From assembly GCF_009914755.1 (NCBI RefSeq), contig NC_060937.1: a stretch of 64,000 nucleotides of DNA; one strand, given 5' to 3'. The notes beneath the pieces were generated by a model. That model made no database searches and was not told the DNA's origin. It was given only the letters and a program-made list of their open reading frames with translations. The stretch is from the human T2T-CHM13v2.0 reference genome, Homo sapiens. Position 1 is the stretch's first letter; each line of letters starts with the position of its first letter. The translations under genes were made by a program, and so were the position numbers. Below are positions 11,701 to 26,030 of this stretch, piece after piece.

Positions 11701-13487
11701 TGCAGAATCACCAGACTGCAGGCGAAAGAAGGCATGTGCGTAATTCCAACAGTGGGATATGAAATTCCCATTTCAGAGACATAAAGTTTAAGTGTGTTGA
11801 GGGACATTTTGGCTGCAGCAGCAGATGTTTGAGACCCTGTGTTAGAAATAGGAAGTGTTAACGACCACAGGTGGTTATCATACGAAAATGACAAACAGCA
11901 ATAACAAAAAAAAAAAAAAAAAAAAAAAAAACAACATAAAAACCAGAGTGGCTTCTGCTAGGTTTGTTGGTATATTTTCAAACTGAAGAAAGTTGCTCAT
12001 AAATTATCTTTCAGGTTGATTTTATTTTTCTCTCTATGCTCATGAAATGCTTTAACGAACATCTACACCTCCTCAGTGGAATTGGGAGTGAGTTATTTGT
12101 GAAAAACAGGTGAGGTTGTTGCTGAAGGACTTACTAAGTGTTTCTGCTTGAGTGATACAGCAGTGGACTCATAGATCTCCCAGAAGGTTTCGGACAATCA
12201 TAGCAACTATCAAAGAAAGGAGGTTGTGGTCACTGGGAAGTTTTCCAAGTGGAATTTTAAAGAGGACTTTGTTAGAGAGTCCTCAAGGATCTTTCTGAGC
12301 ACTCACACACACCCTTCCTTTTCCCATTGGCACCCGCAACCTGAATTTTCTGCACAGAATCACATCCATAGCTACAATGTGGAAGAATCAAAGTGGATCA
12401 GAGGCATCCCGCACTGCCCACACCTGTGGGGAAAGCGCTGCTATTAATATTTCTGCTGAAATCTGAGCAGCCTGGAGTTCTTAGCTTAAGTAAATACTGA
12501 ATCAAACATACCAGCCTACAAGGGAAAATAGCAGTCTCTGCCATTTGCAGAACATCTATCATGTTCAAGAGCCTTACATTCATTTTGTTCTCTAAATAAT
12601 AATTATGTAGGGTTAGCTATTGTTATTTCTTTTTCATAGGCCTCAAAAGTCTAAATAATCTGCCCAGGGCCACAGGCATAGCAAGACGTTTTTTGATCCC
12701 AAAGCATCGCTCTACTTTGCTCTGGGATTGGAACTAGAACACACAAGTGAATTGTAAATTTTGATTTCAGCAACATAAAAACATGGCCATCAACTAGGTA
12801 GTAACTATATGTTGGGCTAATCCTAAATTAAATGAAAAACCTTTGGGAAGCCCAGAGCATACTATTCCAGGTTAGAAGAGACAAAGGAAGGGATCCAGCC
12901 TAGGACATCATAACCTCATACAAACAATAGGATGCCCAGCCCACAGGGGCCATTATTATGAAGTATTATTTATTCTCTCCAGGGACAGTAATTTCACAGG
13001 CATGAAAGCCATCTCAGAACCTTAACAGGGGGCTGATAATTCGTCCACTCATGCATAGTGCCTACCAAAGTGTACTGGATGAAAATCTGAACCTAAGCAT
13101 ATTATAAATTCATGGCTTTTCTCTATGAGTAGTTAATCTAAAATCAGAGATTTCAAGTAAAATATGGACATTCAAAATTACGGTGCTATCCTTTAGGAAA
13201 TAAATGTTACTTACTCAAAAATTATTAAAATCGCATGGACTTGAAATGGGCTGACACCAAGGTATAGAGATCAATAGAAAGGAAAGATGAAAAGATCTAT
13301 CCTAAAGAATAATAATCTTACTCTCCTACTACTTGCAACTTCGAATAAAATACATCTTAGATTAGGCAAATTTCCCAGGATCTTCTACAGAACCCCTTTT
13401 CATTCCTTTTTTTAGTGGCTGTGTTCAGAAGTAAGAGAGGTGTTGAGGTTTATGTGGAATAAAATATGATGACAAAAAAGAAGAAGC

Positions 13488-13722
13488 AATTCATTCATTT
13501 CATGAATATCTGAGTATCAACGTTGTTTACTGCTGGGGAACATAAGCAAGAACGGTCAACAATCTGCCTCTGTGAAGCTCACATTTTGGTGAGAGGAAAA
13601 GCTGACAAAAAAGATAAATAAAATATAGAATGTGCACTAACAATGATAAGTAAGGAGAAAAATACAAAAGAGGGAGATAAAAAGTGTCTGGGGGTGCAAT
13701 TTTAAATGAGGTGATCATTTAA
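13488..13722 (-). mobile_element. L2 3' end fragment
   Basis: attcattcatt..tgctggggaaca..ctgcctctgtgaagctcacattttgg. Confidence 0.7.
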
Positions 13723-13802
13723 CATGGGAGCCCATGTCATCCATCCAAAGTCTTCAAATGAGTGGAAATACCCTAACCCTGGTAGAGCAGGCCTAATCAG
13801 TT

Positions 13803-14203
13803 GCTGCAGTGGTTTCCTGGGGCTGCTGTCACATAGTACCACAAGCTGGCTCCTTCAAACAGCTATTTTATTGTCTCACAGCTCCGGAGACCAGAAGTTT
13901 GAAGTCAAAGTGTCAGTAGGGACTTCTGAGGACCTGTGGGAGATAATCAGTTGCGCATCCCTTTCTCCCAGCATCTGGTGGCCTCAGGCTTTCCTGTCTT
14001 CCCTCTGTGCATGTCTGTCTCTGCGTCCAAATTTCTCCTTTTTATAAGGTCACGAGACATACCGAATTACACCGCCCCCAACCCATAACCTCATCTTAAC
14101 TTGATCATCGTAAAGACTCTATTTCCAAATAAAGTCACATTCACAGGTACTGGAGATTAGGACTTCAACATCTTTTGGTGGGGACATAATTCAATCCATA
14201 ACA
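13803..14203 (-). mobile_element. MLT1B/C-like MaLR solo LTR
   Basis: tttcctggggctgctgtcacatagtaccaca..gactctatttccaaataaagtcacattcacaggtactgg..aattcaatccataaca. Confidence 0.85.
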
Positions 14204-15713
14204 GTTGGTAAATAAGAAACGCCAAAAAAAAAAAAAAAAATTAAAGTCCTGACAATTCCACTTGGGGAGAGAAATCATTAAAGGGATTGATTGCTCTCAT
14301 TAGGGAATGGCGGTGATGCCTGCTTCTATATTTAATAAAGGCTAATTTTGGCCCTATAAACATCCATAATGAATTATTTAATGCAAGCTGGCAAAAATAT
14401 ACCTACTGAACACAGATGTTGTCGTCCATTACTATTGGCTTTGGCTATAAAATAAGAAAGGAATTAGTAATCTCTTGGGAACCAGAGCAAAAGAAAATTA
14501 AACAGGCCAAGGTGTCCTTAGCCCACCCAGAACAGCTCTGCATTCACTGGGCTGGTACCTGTGCTAGTAGCAGCCCAGAATGGGCTCGGCTCCCTGGTTT
14601 CTTAATAATCATATTTTCTTTTCACAAAGGGTAGAAAATATTATTGAGCTAAATTTTTCCCGTTGCCAACAAGTTAGGGATAATGTGCACCATGTGGATC
14701 AAGCTGATCACATAAATTAGGGCTTTAAAGCATAATATCTGAGCATTTCCCAACTGAACATTACTTTTCTGTATAAATTAAAAATGTCTAAAAGGGAGTT
14801 TATTAGAAGGAGACTATCAAAGCTTTTTATGAACATGCTTTCTCTTTTGATCTATATAATTTTCAAAAAGTGTTAGACATATCATGATTTCTAGCACAAC
14901 TGGAATTTTAAATCTAAGAATCAGAAGAAAAAAATGCAAATAGGAAAGACATGATTTTGAAGCCATGTCTATTTTGCTGCAATTAGTCATTAAGCAGAGG
15001 AAATGAATTTCAGTAAAAAGCCTGCTTTATCTAGCACTTTATCAACCAGGAAGCTCTAGAAAAAAGCATTTCTGTTATCTCCCAACACAAATCCTCAATC
15101 TATTAACCACAGGACTATAAGAAGGTTGTTATTTGCTTCCTTACTGGTTTGGGGAGGAGAGAGAAAATTACATCTTTGCATCAGTGAGCTTTTTCAAACA
15201 ATGGTGATTTACATGTCAATCTCTTGATTATTAAATATTATCTATGTGATTTTCAACTGCATCCAATAGAAAAAAAATTTAAATCGCAGATAATATCTTC
15301 GAAACACTAACTACTTTGAATTTCTATAAAGCCTTAGAGAAGACCAAAGTCCTTTCAAGGTATGCTTGTGGATCACTGAGCCAGAACAGATCTGAAGTGG
15401 TCATTTATTTCTGAGCACTCTCTTCAAGCATGTCAATATTAAAATATCAAATATTGGGAGACTTTTCAGGTTCTACTCTTAAAGAATCTTAATCCACAAA
15501 GTGAATAGAGCCTCTGTGGACTTGAGAGATGACCAAATAGCAAAGAAAGTATTCATAAGGTGTCCAATTTGGTGGCCATGGAAAGTGGTAGCAGAATAAT
15601 CCAAGCACCTTTCCTTGTCTGAATGTGAACTAGGAAAGGGTGAGGTTCTTCTCCTTTCGGAGGTTAGTCCATCAACTTACTAAGCCACAGAATATCTGAA
15701 AGATGCAAAGGCA

Positions 15714-16159
15714 TATGTGTTGGTTTGCTTGTGTTGCCAAAACAAAATACCACAGACTGAATGGCTTAAACAGCAGAATCTTATTTCTCACAGTCCTGGA
15801 GGCCAGAAGTTCAATATCAAGGTGCTAGCAGAGTTGGTTTCCTCTGAAGGCCATAAAGAAATGATCTTTTCCAGGCCTCTCCTCTTGGCTTGCAGATGGC
15901 CACCGTCTTGCTGTGTCTTCACGTGGTCTTGCTCTGTGCATGAGCATCCCTTGTATCTCTGTTTCTAATGTGTATCAGTGTTTCCTGATCTCTTCTTATA
16001 ACAAGGACACCAGTCAGATTGGATAGAGCTTACCCTAATGCCCTCATTTTAACTCAATGACTTCTTTAAAGTCCCTATCTCCAAAAACAGTCACATTCTG
16101 TGGATTAGGGTGTTGACATATGAATTGGAGGGGAGGGGAGGACAATTCTGCCCATACCA
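15714..16159 (-). mobile_element. MLT1A/B-like MaLR solo LTR
   Basis: aacaaaataccacagactgaatggcttaaac..tttatttctcacagtcctggaggccagaagttc..ccctatctccaaaaacagtcacattctg. Confidence 0.85.
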
Positions 16160-16731
16160 GCAAGCAATGTGGGAATCGTCTGTTGGGTTCAGTGGTAATG
16201 ACTCTTCCATTCCTAAAGTTTTTCACATTCTTCCTGCTCAAAGGATGAATGGAGGCTTTGTCTTATTCAGCTGTAAAAGCTTGAATTCTGTTATTTGCCT
16301 GAATGGAGGAAAAATTAGCAAAACAATGTGGACTGCTAAGGTAGCCTAACCCCTCGTAAGGTTTCTGGTCTCGCCCTTCTACCCTGGGAATAGAGAAGAA
16401 ATGACTACATACCTCAGTGCAGTGTGGATTATAAGTGTCAAAACTTTAGAAATCTCAAGCTAGAACATGGGATCTACTAGCAGATTTCAAAGCCCTGCCT
16501 AGTACAGGGTCTAGAACAATTAGGAGCTATCTGAGTAGTACATCTCTTAGAATATTGGCTGCCATCATACCCCTTTCTTGTTTGCACCTCTCATCAGTGA
16601 CTCCTATAAGAGCAGGGATTTGCCACATGTACATGGTTTCCCCATTCCCAGCACGGTAGCAGACACACAGCAATCATTCAGTTAGAACCTGCTGAAGGAG
16701 CTTACCTTCTCCTTTAGAGAAGTTTTAGAGT

Positions 16732-17027
16732 GGCCAGGCATGGTGGCTCACACCTGTAATCCCAGCACTTTGGGCGGCTGAGGCAGGCAGATCATGAGGT
16801 CAGGAGATTGGGACCATCCTGGCTAATATGGTGAAACCCCGTCTCTACTAAAAATACAAAAAAATTAGCCGGGCATGGTGGCGGGCACCTTTAGTCCCAG
16901 CTACCCGGACGCTAAGGCAGAAGAATCGCTTGAACCGGGAGGTAGAGATTGCAGTGAGCCAAGATCGCGCCACTGCACTCCAATCTGGGTGACAGAGCGA
17001 GACTCTGTCTCAAAAAAAAAAAAAAAG
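16732..17027 (+). mobile_element. Alu (AluSc/Y-like), full length
   Basis: Dimeric Alu with poly(A). 15-bp TSD agagaagttttagag (16716-16730) / agagaagttctagag (17028-17042). Confidence 0.97.
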
Positions 17028-18509
17028 AGAGAAGTTCTAGAGCAAGCACAGTCATAGGTGAGATAAGTCGTATGATTTCAAAAATCACTGCCTTTGGGTT
17101 TTCTGAGTAATTTGCTTCAGATTTTCTGCCCATTCTAGCTAAGAGAAAGGCAGTTTGATGTTATCATAAATCATGGGTATTGCACTTTTTTTCTACCACT
17201 CTATACAATCTAGTTACAATACTTTTTTACCTAGCTGAAGGAGATAACTCTGAATATGAATAACCTTCCCTTGATAGCATTTACTTTTGGTTTGATTCAT
17301 GTGCGTCCCAATCAGGGAAGAGCCTTCACAAGATGGCATCTGTCAGCAAGGGCACATGTACTGAAATCTTGCTGCTTTTTATATTTTTACATAGTATGGA
17401 GTAATTTTTGTTTCCTCTAATCAAATATCTGACATTATTCATTGTATTACATTTCTCAATAGAGTGATCCAAACACAAAGTGTCCTCCTAGATGGTGAAT
17501 GAACATGTGCTCATCTCCATCATGTGACTGAAAGGAGATTGTGTCCAGGTGTATCTTTATTGTGGTCTATGCAAATGTAAAGTCTGTCTACTTGCACGGT
17601 TCAATTTCCTAGTGCAAGGATTCCTCTATCCTCTCATTTGCCAAGATTCCCAGGAAGGAAGCATGTAACAGTCATTAGAGATAGCGCCCAACTACAAGTG
17701 GAATCTCCATATCAGCATCATCTAATATTGTTCTTTCTCTTCCTTCCCTCCCCAGCTTCCTGCAACTGAAGGTCATTCCTCTTTGTTAGAAGACTAAGGG
17801 TCCCTGACCTGATCTGTGGAGCACCAGGGTGGAGAGAGTGGAATAAGCAGCAAAACGAAAAATTGGATGCTGTTTTCAAAAGTTTTGTTCTCATTCTTGG
17901 ATTATAGATTATCTAAAGGGAAAATTTAACTCAACCAAAAAATTCGTTCAGCTCCATGAAGCTAAAGATGCTATAAACTGACTCTTTCCTAAAGAGCACC
18001 AAACCTGAAATTTTTCCTGCTAGAGAGGAACTAATCTTCAAGGACACCTGTCTATTGCTAGACATTAAGAAGGAAGGTGAACTCCGTTCTGTCTTCATAA
18101 AACACATTTTTGTCTTTCCCCCTCACTCCTCCACTGAACCCACTATGTTTACAAGTACAAGCTATGACTGTGGAGGTGGAAAATCTGATACTGTCAGCAC
18201 AAGTGGAACAAAATGAAAAGAGAAAAAAATCTACACACCCATCTGGACTTCCATATGCTCTGTAGCCCAGAGGCTAATATAATTCCTTGAATGTTGGTTA
18301 TAAAGCAATGTGATATGGATGACTGCTATGCACTGAGCTTATTTAGACAAGTGTTCTTTCTACTCAATAAACCTTTGAAAGGATTAAAGTACAATCACTC
18401 CCAATTATCTGTTCTTCCCTTTCTATCTGAGTTTTCACCATATCCTCCAACTGATCCCTGTTTCTACCCCATTCTAATTCCCCATCCACAGGACCAAGTG
18501 ATAGTGTAG

Positions 18510-18860
18510 TGAGAAGACATGACATTCAGGGAATATTGAGAAGTTTAATGTGACAAGGGTGCTGGGTGCATGGTCAGGCAGGGGCTGCTGAGAGATCTGC
18601 CTAAAGAGACAGGAGGCAGAGTGTGAACGGCCTTGCATGCTATGGTATGAATTTTATCTTCTGAGCATCAGGAAGCCTTGAGAATAATGTGATGAATTTT
18701 GTTTTAAAGAAATAATTCTGGTGATAGAATGAACAGTATGCACAAGAAGAAAAAAAAAAAAAAGGATGAGAGGGGGACTAATTGGGTGAGATTGCCATGG
18801 TCTGGCAGAGAGACAATGAAGGCCAGACTCTGAGAGGGGTGGAGAGCAAGGACCCAGTTC
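18510..18860 (-). mobile_element. L2 fragment
   Basis: ggccttgcatgctatggtatgaattttatcttctgagcatcaggaagcc..aaagaaataattctggtgatag. Confidence 0.55.
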
Positions 18861-20815
18861 AATTTTGTGGTTAGATTTATACAATGGGAAAAATGACTCC
18901 CTTCACTTCAAGGAAACAATGCAAGAGTAAACTCCCTGAGAAACCCCTTTCTGGATTTTTGCAGCCCCTTATATATGAGGAACAATATTAAGGAGACTTG
19001 AAATATGCTTGTTGAAGATTGCTCTTTTAAAAGGTCTTAAAATTATACCCCTGACTTCTTTATCTTATAGGACAACAGTCTTTAATATTATAATTTCTCA
19101 TCTTTACATGGAGGTTGCTTCCCTATTATTTTAAAAAGCCATAGTTTTCTGCATCCTAATGTATTCCTATATGCTGAACATAAAAATGCCCTAATTTTTG
19201 TTCCTTTTTTTTCCCCTAATCATGACTCAGATTTCTGCCTCTGAAAGCTCCAGTAACAGACTTGACCACCAGCCCTTTAGTACATTTCATAATGAAATTA
19301 AAACTAAATGGATTTCAATGATTGGGTTTATATGTTTCCAAGTCCTCTTGTATAGACATCCTTTAAAGTTGGAGACTACACAATGGTCTTTGTGCCTGTT
19401 ATGAAAAAAAAAAAAAAAAGGGGAGGGAGATTTTGCAAGATACTTTTTTCCCTAAAAATGTAGCTCTAATGTTAAAATCCAGTCAAAACTATTGTCATGT
19501 GCAAGAACTTAAAGGATCCATGCAGCATGCAGGATTAACAAATGAACGCTATCATCATAATTTACAAAGATTGCACTGTGCTAACAAAAAATCTCCATTG
19601 ATCCGTGCTCAAGATAATTGTGTGTTCCAAAGATTTTTACCTGTTAGAAAGGATGAGGTAGCTCAGTGGAGCACTGTTTTGTAGGTCAGCAGGTTCAAGG
19701 TCATCCTTTAGAAGTGGCTTCAGAAGAGCCCAGGGTGTGATGTGAATTAGATATATGTACTGACCTCAGCAGAGCTTGGTGCCCTGGTGCTCTGGGACCC
19801 AAAGCCAGGGATACAGGAGAGTCAAGATGTTACGTATCTGAGATAGGTAGGAAGAGGAAACTGTGAAACTGTGAGACATGTTTTGAAAGAATTAACAGTT
19901 TCCTAAAGAGTGAGGGAAATAATCTAATATTCTCACTGAAGCTTCTTGGGAAGCTTGGACACAAATTTCCTTCACCAGAGAAGCAGATATTCACGATTTC
20001 TGTTTTTTTCTTTGTTATGAAAATGATCACAGGTTAAAAGAGAACTGCATGTGTTGGGCCACAATTTTGAGCGTGCATGCCAGTGTAATGGGAGAGACGG
20101 CAGCAGAAGCCCTCACCTGTTTTCATGATGGGCGGCGCAGGCAGACAAGCTCTCGGGAAGCAAACAAGCTTGTCAGTTCACTAAGGAAGCGGCAGACCAG
20201 CTGTCACTCTATTGCACAACACTTAGTTTTTAATTTTATTCCAAAGACAGGAAAGCAGAAGTCCAATACCACCTCTCATTTCTCTTAAGTAGCGTAATAG
20301 AACTGAGATTCTCCCAGTCACAAAGAAAATGTAATCAGAGTAGCTAAAATAGGAGGAAAGAAAATATATCAGGGAGAAGTATACACCAGCCGCTCACTCA
20401 GGGGCCAGGTTTTCAATGGGCCTTCTTAATTGTGTCTGCAGTCTTTAACAGCAGCTTCCATTTTCACCAGTATAAGCCCACATTTCAAAAGCAAATTGGA
20501 TACCTGCATGAACAAGCAGGCAGTTAGGCAGCTAATTACTGTGTGCAATTCAATTACCTAATTACTGTGGGCAAGTGTAGGGTGTTTGTGCAAGCAAACA
20601 GTCCCACCCACAAATATTGCAGATTTGATTAAGAAGGCTTAGGTGCAAAGATCCATGTTCATTGCTAATGCCTAATAGGTTCAATAATCTTCCCTCTGGG
20701 CCCAGGAAGGTCCTGGTTAAGCACTTTTCTAGGATTAGAGTGGGGAAAGCCCTGCCTAAGCGAACCTCACCAGCCTCCCCCATGCCAGGCTGAAGGCTAA
20801 TCTGGAACTTTGCCT

Positions 20816-20960
20816 TGCTACTCAAAGTGTGGCCTGTGGACCAGCAGCATGGGCTTCCTCTGGGAGTTTGTTTGGAAGGCAGAATCTTGGGCCCTACCCC
20901 AGACCTACTAAATTAGAATTTGCATCATGATAAGGTACCCAAGTGATTCATATGTACCTT
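20816..20960. mobile_element. MER5 (hAT-Charlie) fragment
   Basis: ctcaaagtgtggcctgtggaccagcagcat..gcagaatcttgggccctaccccagacctact. Confidence 0.8.
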
Positions 20961-21684
20961 TGTATTCAAATACAAGCCTGCTCAAGATAGAAGGCTACCC
21001 TTGGTGCCAACTTATGCTAAGTAAGCTAAGTCTGTGTGGGGACTGCCCTTCCAAGCTCTCCTTGAAAATGAGAACAAATCTGGTATCCAAAAGATGACCA
21101 CCAGTTACTCAGCCATAATGAGCAAACTGGATGCTTTAAGAGAAATCCCAAGCAGTCAACCCTTCAGGAACGAATCCTAAAATGTTAATACTCAAAGTAC
21201 CCAGCATGTGCCCTGGGAGACAGCAGAGATGATGTGGCTGGGTTCCTCCATAAACTCATCTTTCACACATCATTGCAGGAACATTCTCCATCCATTTAGG
21301 ATCTGTTTGACTTGTGGTATTTATCTTCACCTGTGACTACATGTTCAGCATCAGATTATTCTGCGAATGTCCTCAACCAGAACTTTGAGTCCTATTAATC
21401 AGTCCAGTCTGCCTCCATGGAATAACAGTATGCGAGGACTCTATTTTGTGGTCTCTGCCAATCTCTGCAGAGACAGACCACATTGATCCATTTACTCAAA
21501 CATTACCGAGAGGACGGCTATGCAGCCTTAGGAACAGGCATTGTCTACTCCCAAATAGACTGCTTCAAGCACTTCATCAATCTTGTTCACTTTGCATGGT
21601 GCCGGAACCGGAGAGCAGTGCCATTTTAGGCAAAATTTTGTCATTTGTCTTCATGATGTAGAGGAAAAGTACCGCACAGGAAAT

Positions 21685-21810
21685 GGGGCTCTGACTCCAC
21701 GACTAACCAGCTATGTGACCTGGGGCAAGGCACTTAAGCCTCAATCTCCTCATCCCTAAAATGAGGGGACTGAATTGGACTCTTTTCTAATTCCCTTCCA
21801 GTTCCTACAA
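21685..21810 (+). mobile_element. MIR fragment
   Basis: agctatgtgacctggggcaaggcactta..cctcaatctcctcatccctaaaatgaggg. Confidence 0.65.
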
Positions 21811-22068
21811 TAATTTGTCATCATCCTTCCACACTTGGGCTCTTGGCCTCTAAGTCCATGTCCAGCAGCGAGGTACCTCCATAAAGTATATTTTTAGACC
21901 TTCTGATTTCAGGCAGCTCCCCAGGGTGGGACTTCCCAGCTCTCTCCTACCTGCAGTTTTCTACCATGAATCTCATCAGATTCAGAGCCTGCTTCAGCGA
22001 GCCATCCCTTTGGCAACCTTCCAGAAAGAAGTGCCCTAAAGTACTAGCAACTAATTTAAATGCATTAA

Positions 22069-22430
<362 letters not shown>

Positions 22431-22846
22431 TCAATTTCTAACGATGAAATTTTAAGCTTGTTTTCCTAATAAGGGAACTGTGGCATTTCTATAAATAGCC
22501 CACAAAGCACAATCCCACTCTTTTCATTTCAGCAACTGAGGCCCAGAGAGATTAACTCACTTGCCCAAGAAGATGCCGCTAGAATTAGAACTAATATTTC
22601 TCAAATCTCAACATTGCAAGCAGCTTCATCTTTCTTATTCTTCTTATTATGAAGGCTGCTGCGGTTTGAGGTAAGTGCTGACCAATCGACATGATGATTA
22701 ACTTTGTCTCCCAAAAAGAGGCAAGGGCAGACCAGATCTCAGACAGCAGATGGACAGCACTTCAAGGTTTCTTCCATAAAGGAAAAGAGAAAGTATATTC
22801 CACAATAATGCTTTATTGCAGTTATCCAAGCTAAAGTTAATGGGCT

Positions 22847-23148
<302 letters not shown>

Positions 23149-23439
23149 GAAAGTAAATGGGCTCTTAAATTCAACAACCCAAAGGGGAAAGACAATATTG
23201 CTGAAAGCACAGAGTTTACTGCAAGGGAAGAAGAACCGAGAGATGCTATAAAGGAGATGCAGTAAAACCTCAGGAGATCTAACTCAGTTTCTCACTGGGG
23301 TCAACAATTCTATGCCTTTGACTCAGATTGAACTAGATGATCTCTAGTTTCTCTCATATTCTGAAAGTTATTTGAAAAATTGTGATAGGTGGGAATAATG
23401 AATCAAACCTAAAACAAAGGAATAAATGAAAGGTCCAAC

Positions 23440-24080
23440 ATGTGGATTCATATAAACCGAACAAGAACAGGATGGGGTGAAGATAAGACTTAGCAACTGT
23501 ATGATTAAACAACAATCACTGACTCCAATTAAAGTCTTATATGACTTGAAAGGGTTAATTTGAGTTCAAGCAGTATTTATATACGTTGACTTTAACACAG
23601 AGCAAGGACAATTATAGTCCTGTCCTGTTTTGTTAGACCACACCTGGAGTGTTGCATTCAGTTTTGAAGCCACATTTAAGATGCATGTGGACAATGAGAA
23701 ATATGCTCAGAAGAAAGTGACCAGAAGAGTGAAGGGGATTTTGAACCTCGCCATGTGAGGAATGATAGGACGTGGAATGTTTAACCTGAGAAAAAAGAAA
23801 AGCCCTCACATGACCCTATGACTGTGTCATTTTTGGGAGCAGTTGGCACTATTCTGTGTAGGTCCAGAGAGCAGAGCCAGGGCCAGTGCGAAGAAGACGC
23901 ACAGAGGAGAGACTTCTGAGCAGTTAGGGGCATCCAAAGACAGAACAGGTGACCTCAGGAGGTCACTCACTAGAGCAGTTCAAGCCCTTCTGTTTGTTCT
24001 TCTTTGGAAAAGATCCAAGCATCAGATGAGTGGATGAACAAGGTGACATTTCCTGTTTCTTCCCAACTAAGAGTCTATGA
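23440..24080 (+). mobile_element. L3/CR1 LINE 3' relic
   Basis: 23632-23664 translates VRPHLECCIQF, matching the CR1 ORF2 C-terminal motif VRPHLEYCVQFW. Ends ttcccaactaagagtctatga, like the CR1 3' terminus. Confidence 0.75.
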
Positions 24081-25789
24081 AATGGAGAGAAAAGCTGGAC
24101 AAAAAGAGAAGACAGAGATGAGCAAATGCCAGGTATTTATTAATGCTCTAAATGAAACCATTCCTGTCTCAGGAACAGCAATAAATCATTCATTTTCACA
24201 GGGGATATTTTTAGTGTACGTTGCTAACATGCATAGAAGGCACTTCTGCAGAATTACAACTATTAAGGCACTCTTGATGTCCCTGATACAACAAGGCTAT
24301 CACCTATTCGATTTATTTTTTGCTAATGAGATACAAATATCTTATGTTTACAACCAGAAAATTCTTTTTTTTCTATACTAATATGTAAATCCTTTCTCTG
24401 TGTCTTATTTCAGGCCATTGTATCTCATTAACAAATTTTATTTTTACCTGACCAGTAAACACACATCACATTAATGACAATTCTTATCACTGAACTTCAT
24501 TAAGAAGTGTGGTATCTTCACTTTGTATACATTGCTGGTGTCTTCGCTGCTGCTGGTGTAACTATAATTTATTAAGATGTGATTGTCTTCAGTAGTGTGA
24601 CCATCTGTGTTATTAATACAAAAGCAAAACAAAATCTGCTTTTATTCTTACTTCCACTGTCTTGCCCCTCCAAAATCTAGTCTTATCGTGACTTCTCTAA
24701 ACAGTGTGAACTGTTTGCTGATTTTAAGAATCCCCATTTCGAGAGCTGTTGAAACTCACCTTTCCTTCATAGACATGGGGAAAATCACTAAAACTCTGAC
24801 AATGCACATCATAATCAAATGTGCAGATGTCCACAACAATTACTTAGCAAAGGTGCTGAGTTTATCAGAGAAAAATGTCCCTCTGTAGTTTGTATCACTA
24901 TATTCTGTTTTGAAATTGTACTATATTATCCCCAATAAACATCTGAAGACACAGGGAAGAAAGATATATCAATCTATAAAGGAAGAGCTCTTTTTTAATA
25001 ATTAGAATGATAAGCTACTAAATCTTTTTCTACGTTTGGGGAAAGGCAAAAAGGAAGCAGTGATTTTTGGACAGCTAAGGGACAAAATGAGGCCCCTGCA
25101 CCCTTAGAGGTAAGGAAAAGAGCTGGTTAGGAAGTCGGAGCGAGTACATAAGGGAGATGTGAAGACACCAGAGGCCATTTTTACTTGGCTTTTGGTTTTG
25201 CCCAGCTTATAGCGAACATAACTGCCAAAGAAAAGAGTTAGGCCAGCTCATACCTGAGGAGGAGGTAAAAACAGCCTCAAATAAGAGAAGCCCTGGTCCA
25301 TCCCAGACCAATGAGAATCTCTTTCCTTGTAAAGATCTCTGAAAAATCTATAATGTCCCTCAATAGCTCTTTCCATAGCTGCCTAAGAAATATTTATTGA
25401 TTGAATGACTGTTCCCAGGGAATTCAGCCCATTCACTAACTCGTGATTTCAAACTCGTGTCTTCCAAGTGGTCACTAGTATTTTTACCGTGTATATCACC
25501 TGTTAGGAGCCTGGGGAGGCAGGCAGAAAGCCCACAACAAACAAGCCACATAACAAAGTTCATTCGCCTAAATCTCAGAAGCCAATGGCCTTCACTGGGA
25601 CTCTTTCCACCAATCACAGGTCAGAGGAACAAGTCCTTAGTCCAGGTCAGCCTGTTCTAACAGCCCAGCATCAGAGAGAAGAGCCCCAGGTTACAAGGAG
25701 CCTGTCCATCCCTGAACCTCTGAAGATCTTATAAAAGCGTTAACGAAAATAACTGGCATTGCTCTATGCTCTATTGATGGGGGGAACAG

Positions 25790-26030
25790 GGACATTTTTA
25801 TATTTTGTGTTTCATTTGATTCTTAAGACAAACCCATGAGTTAGCAAGGGTGATTATCATATCCACCAATTAGCAAATGAAGACATCAAGGCAAAAGAAA
25901 TTGAGACTTGCTTCACTAGTCAGTGTCACTCAACCCTGACCAGCCATTTAAAACCCTTAAGGTCATATGGATAGTAACAGAATTGGGGATTACAATCCAG
26001 ATACTCAAAATGCTAATTTAATGTTCTTTA
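25790..26030 (-). mobile_element. MIR fragment(s)
   Basis: tttcatttgattcttaagacaaacccatgag..attatcatatcc..aaatgaagacatcaaggc. Confidence 0.6.

Noticed and set aside
14547-14578. Short hairpin ctgggctggtac..gtagcagcccag
   Set aside because: A 12-bp stem with one mismatch is too short for a pre-miRNA and plausible by chance.
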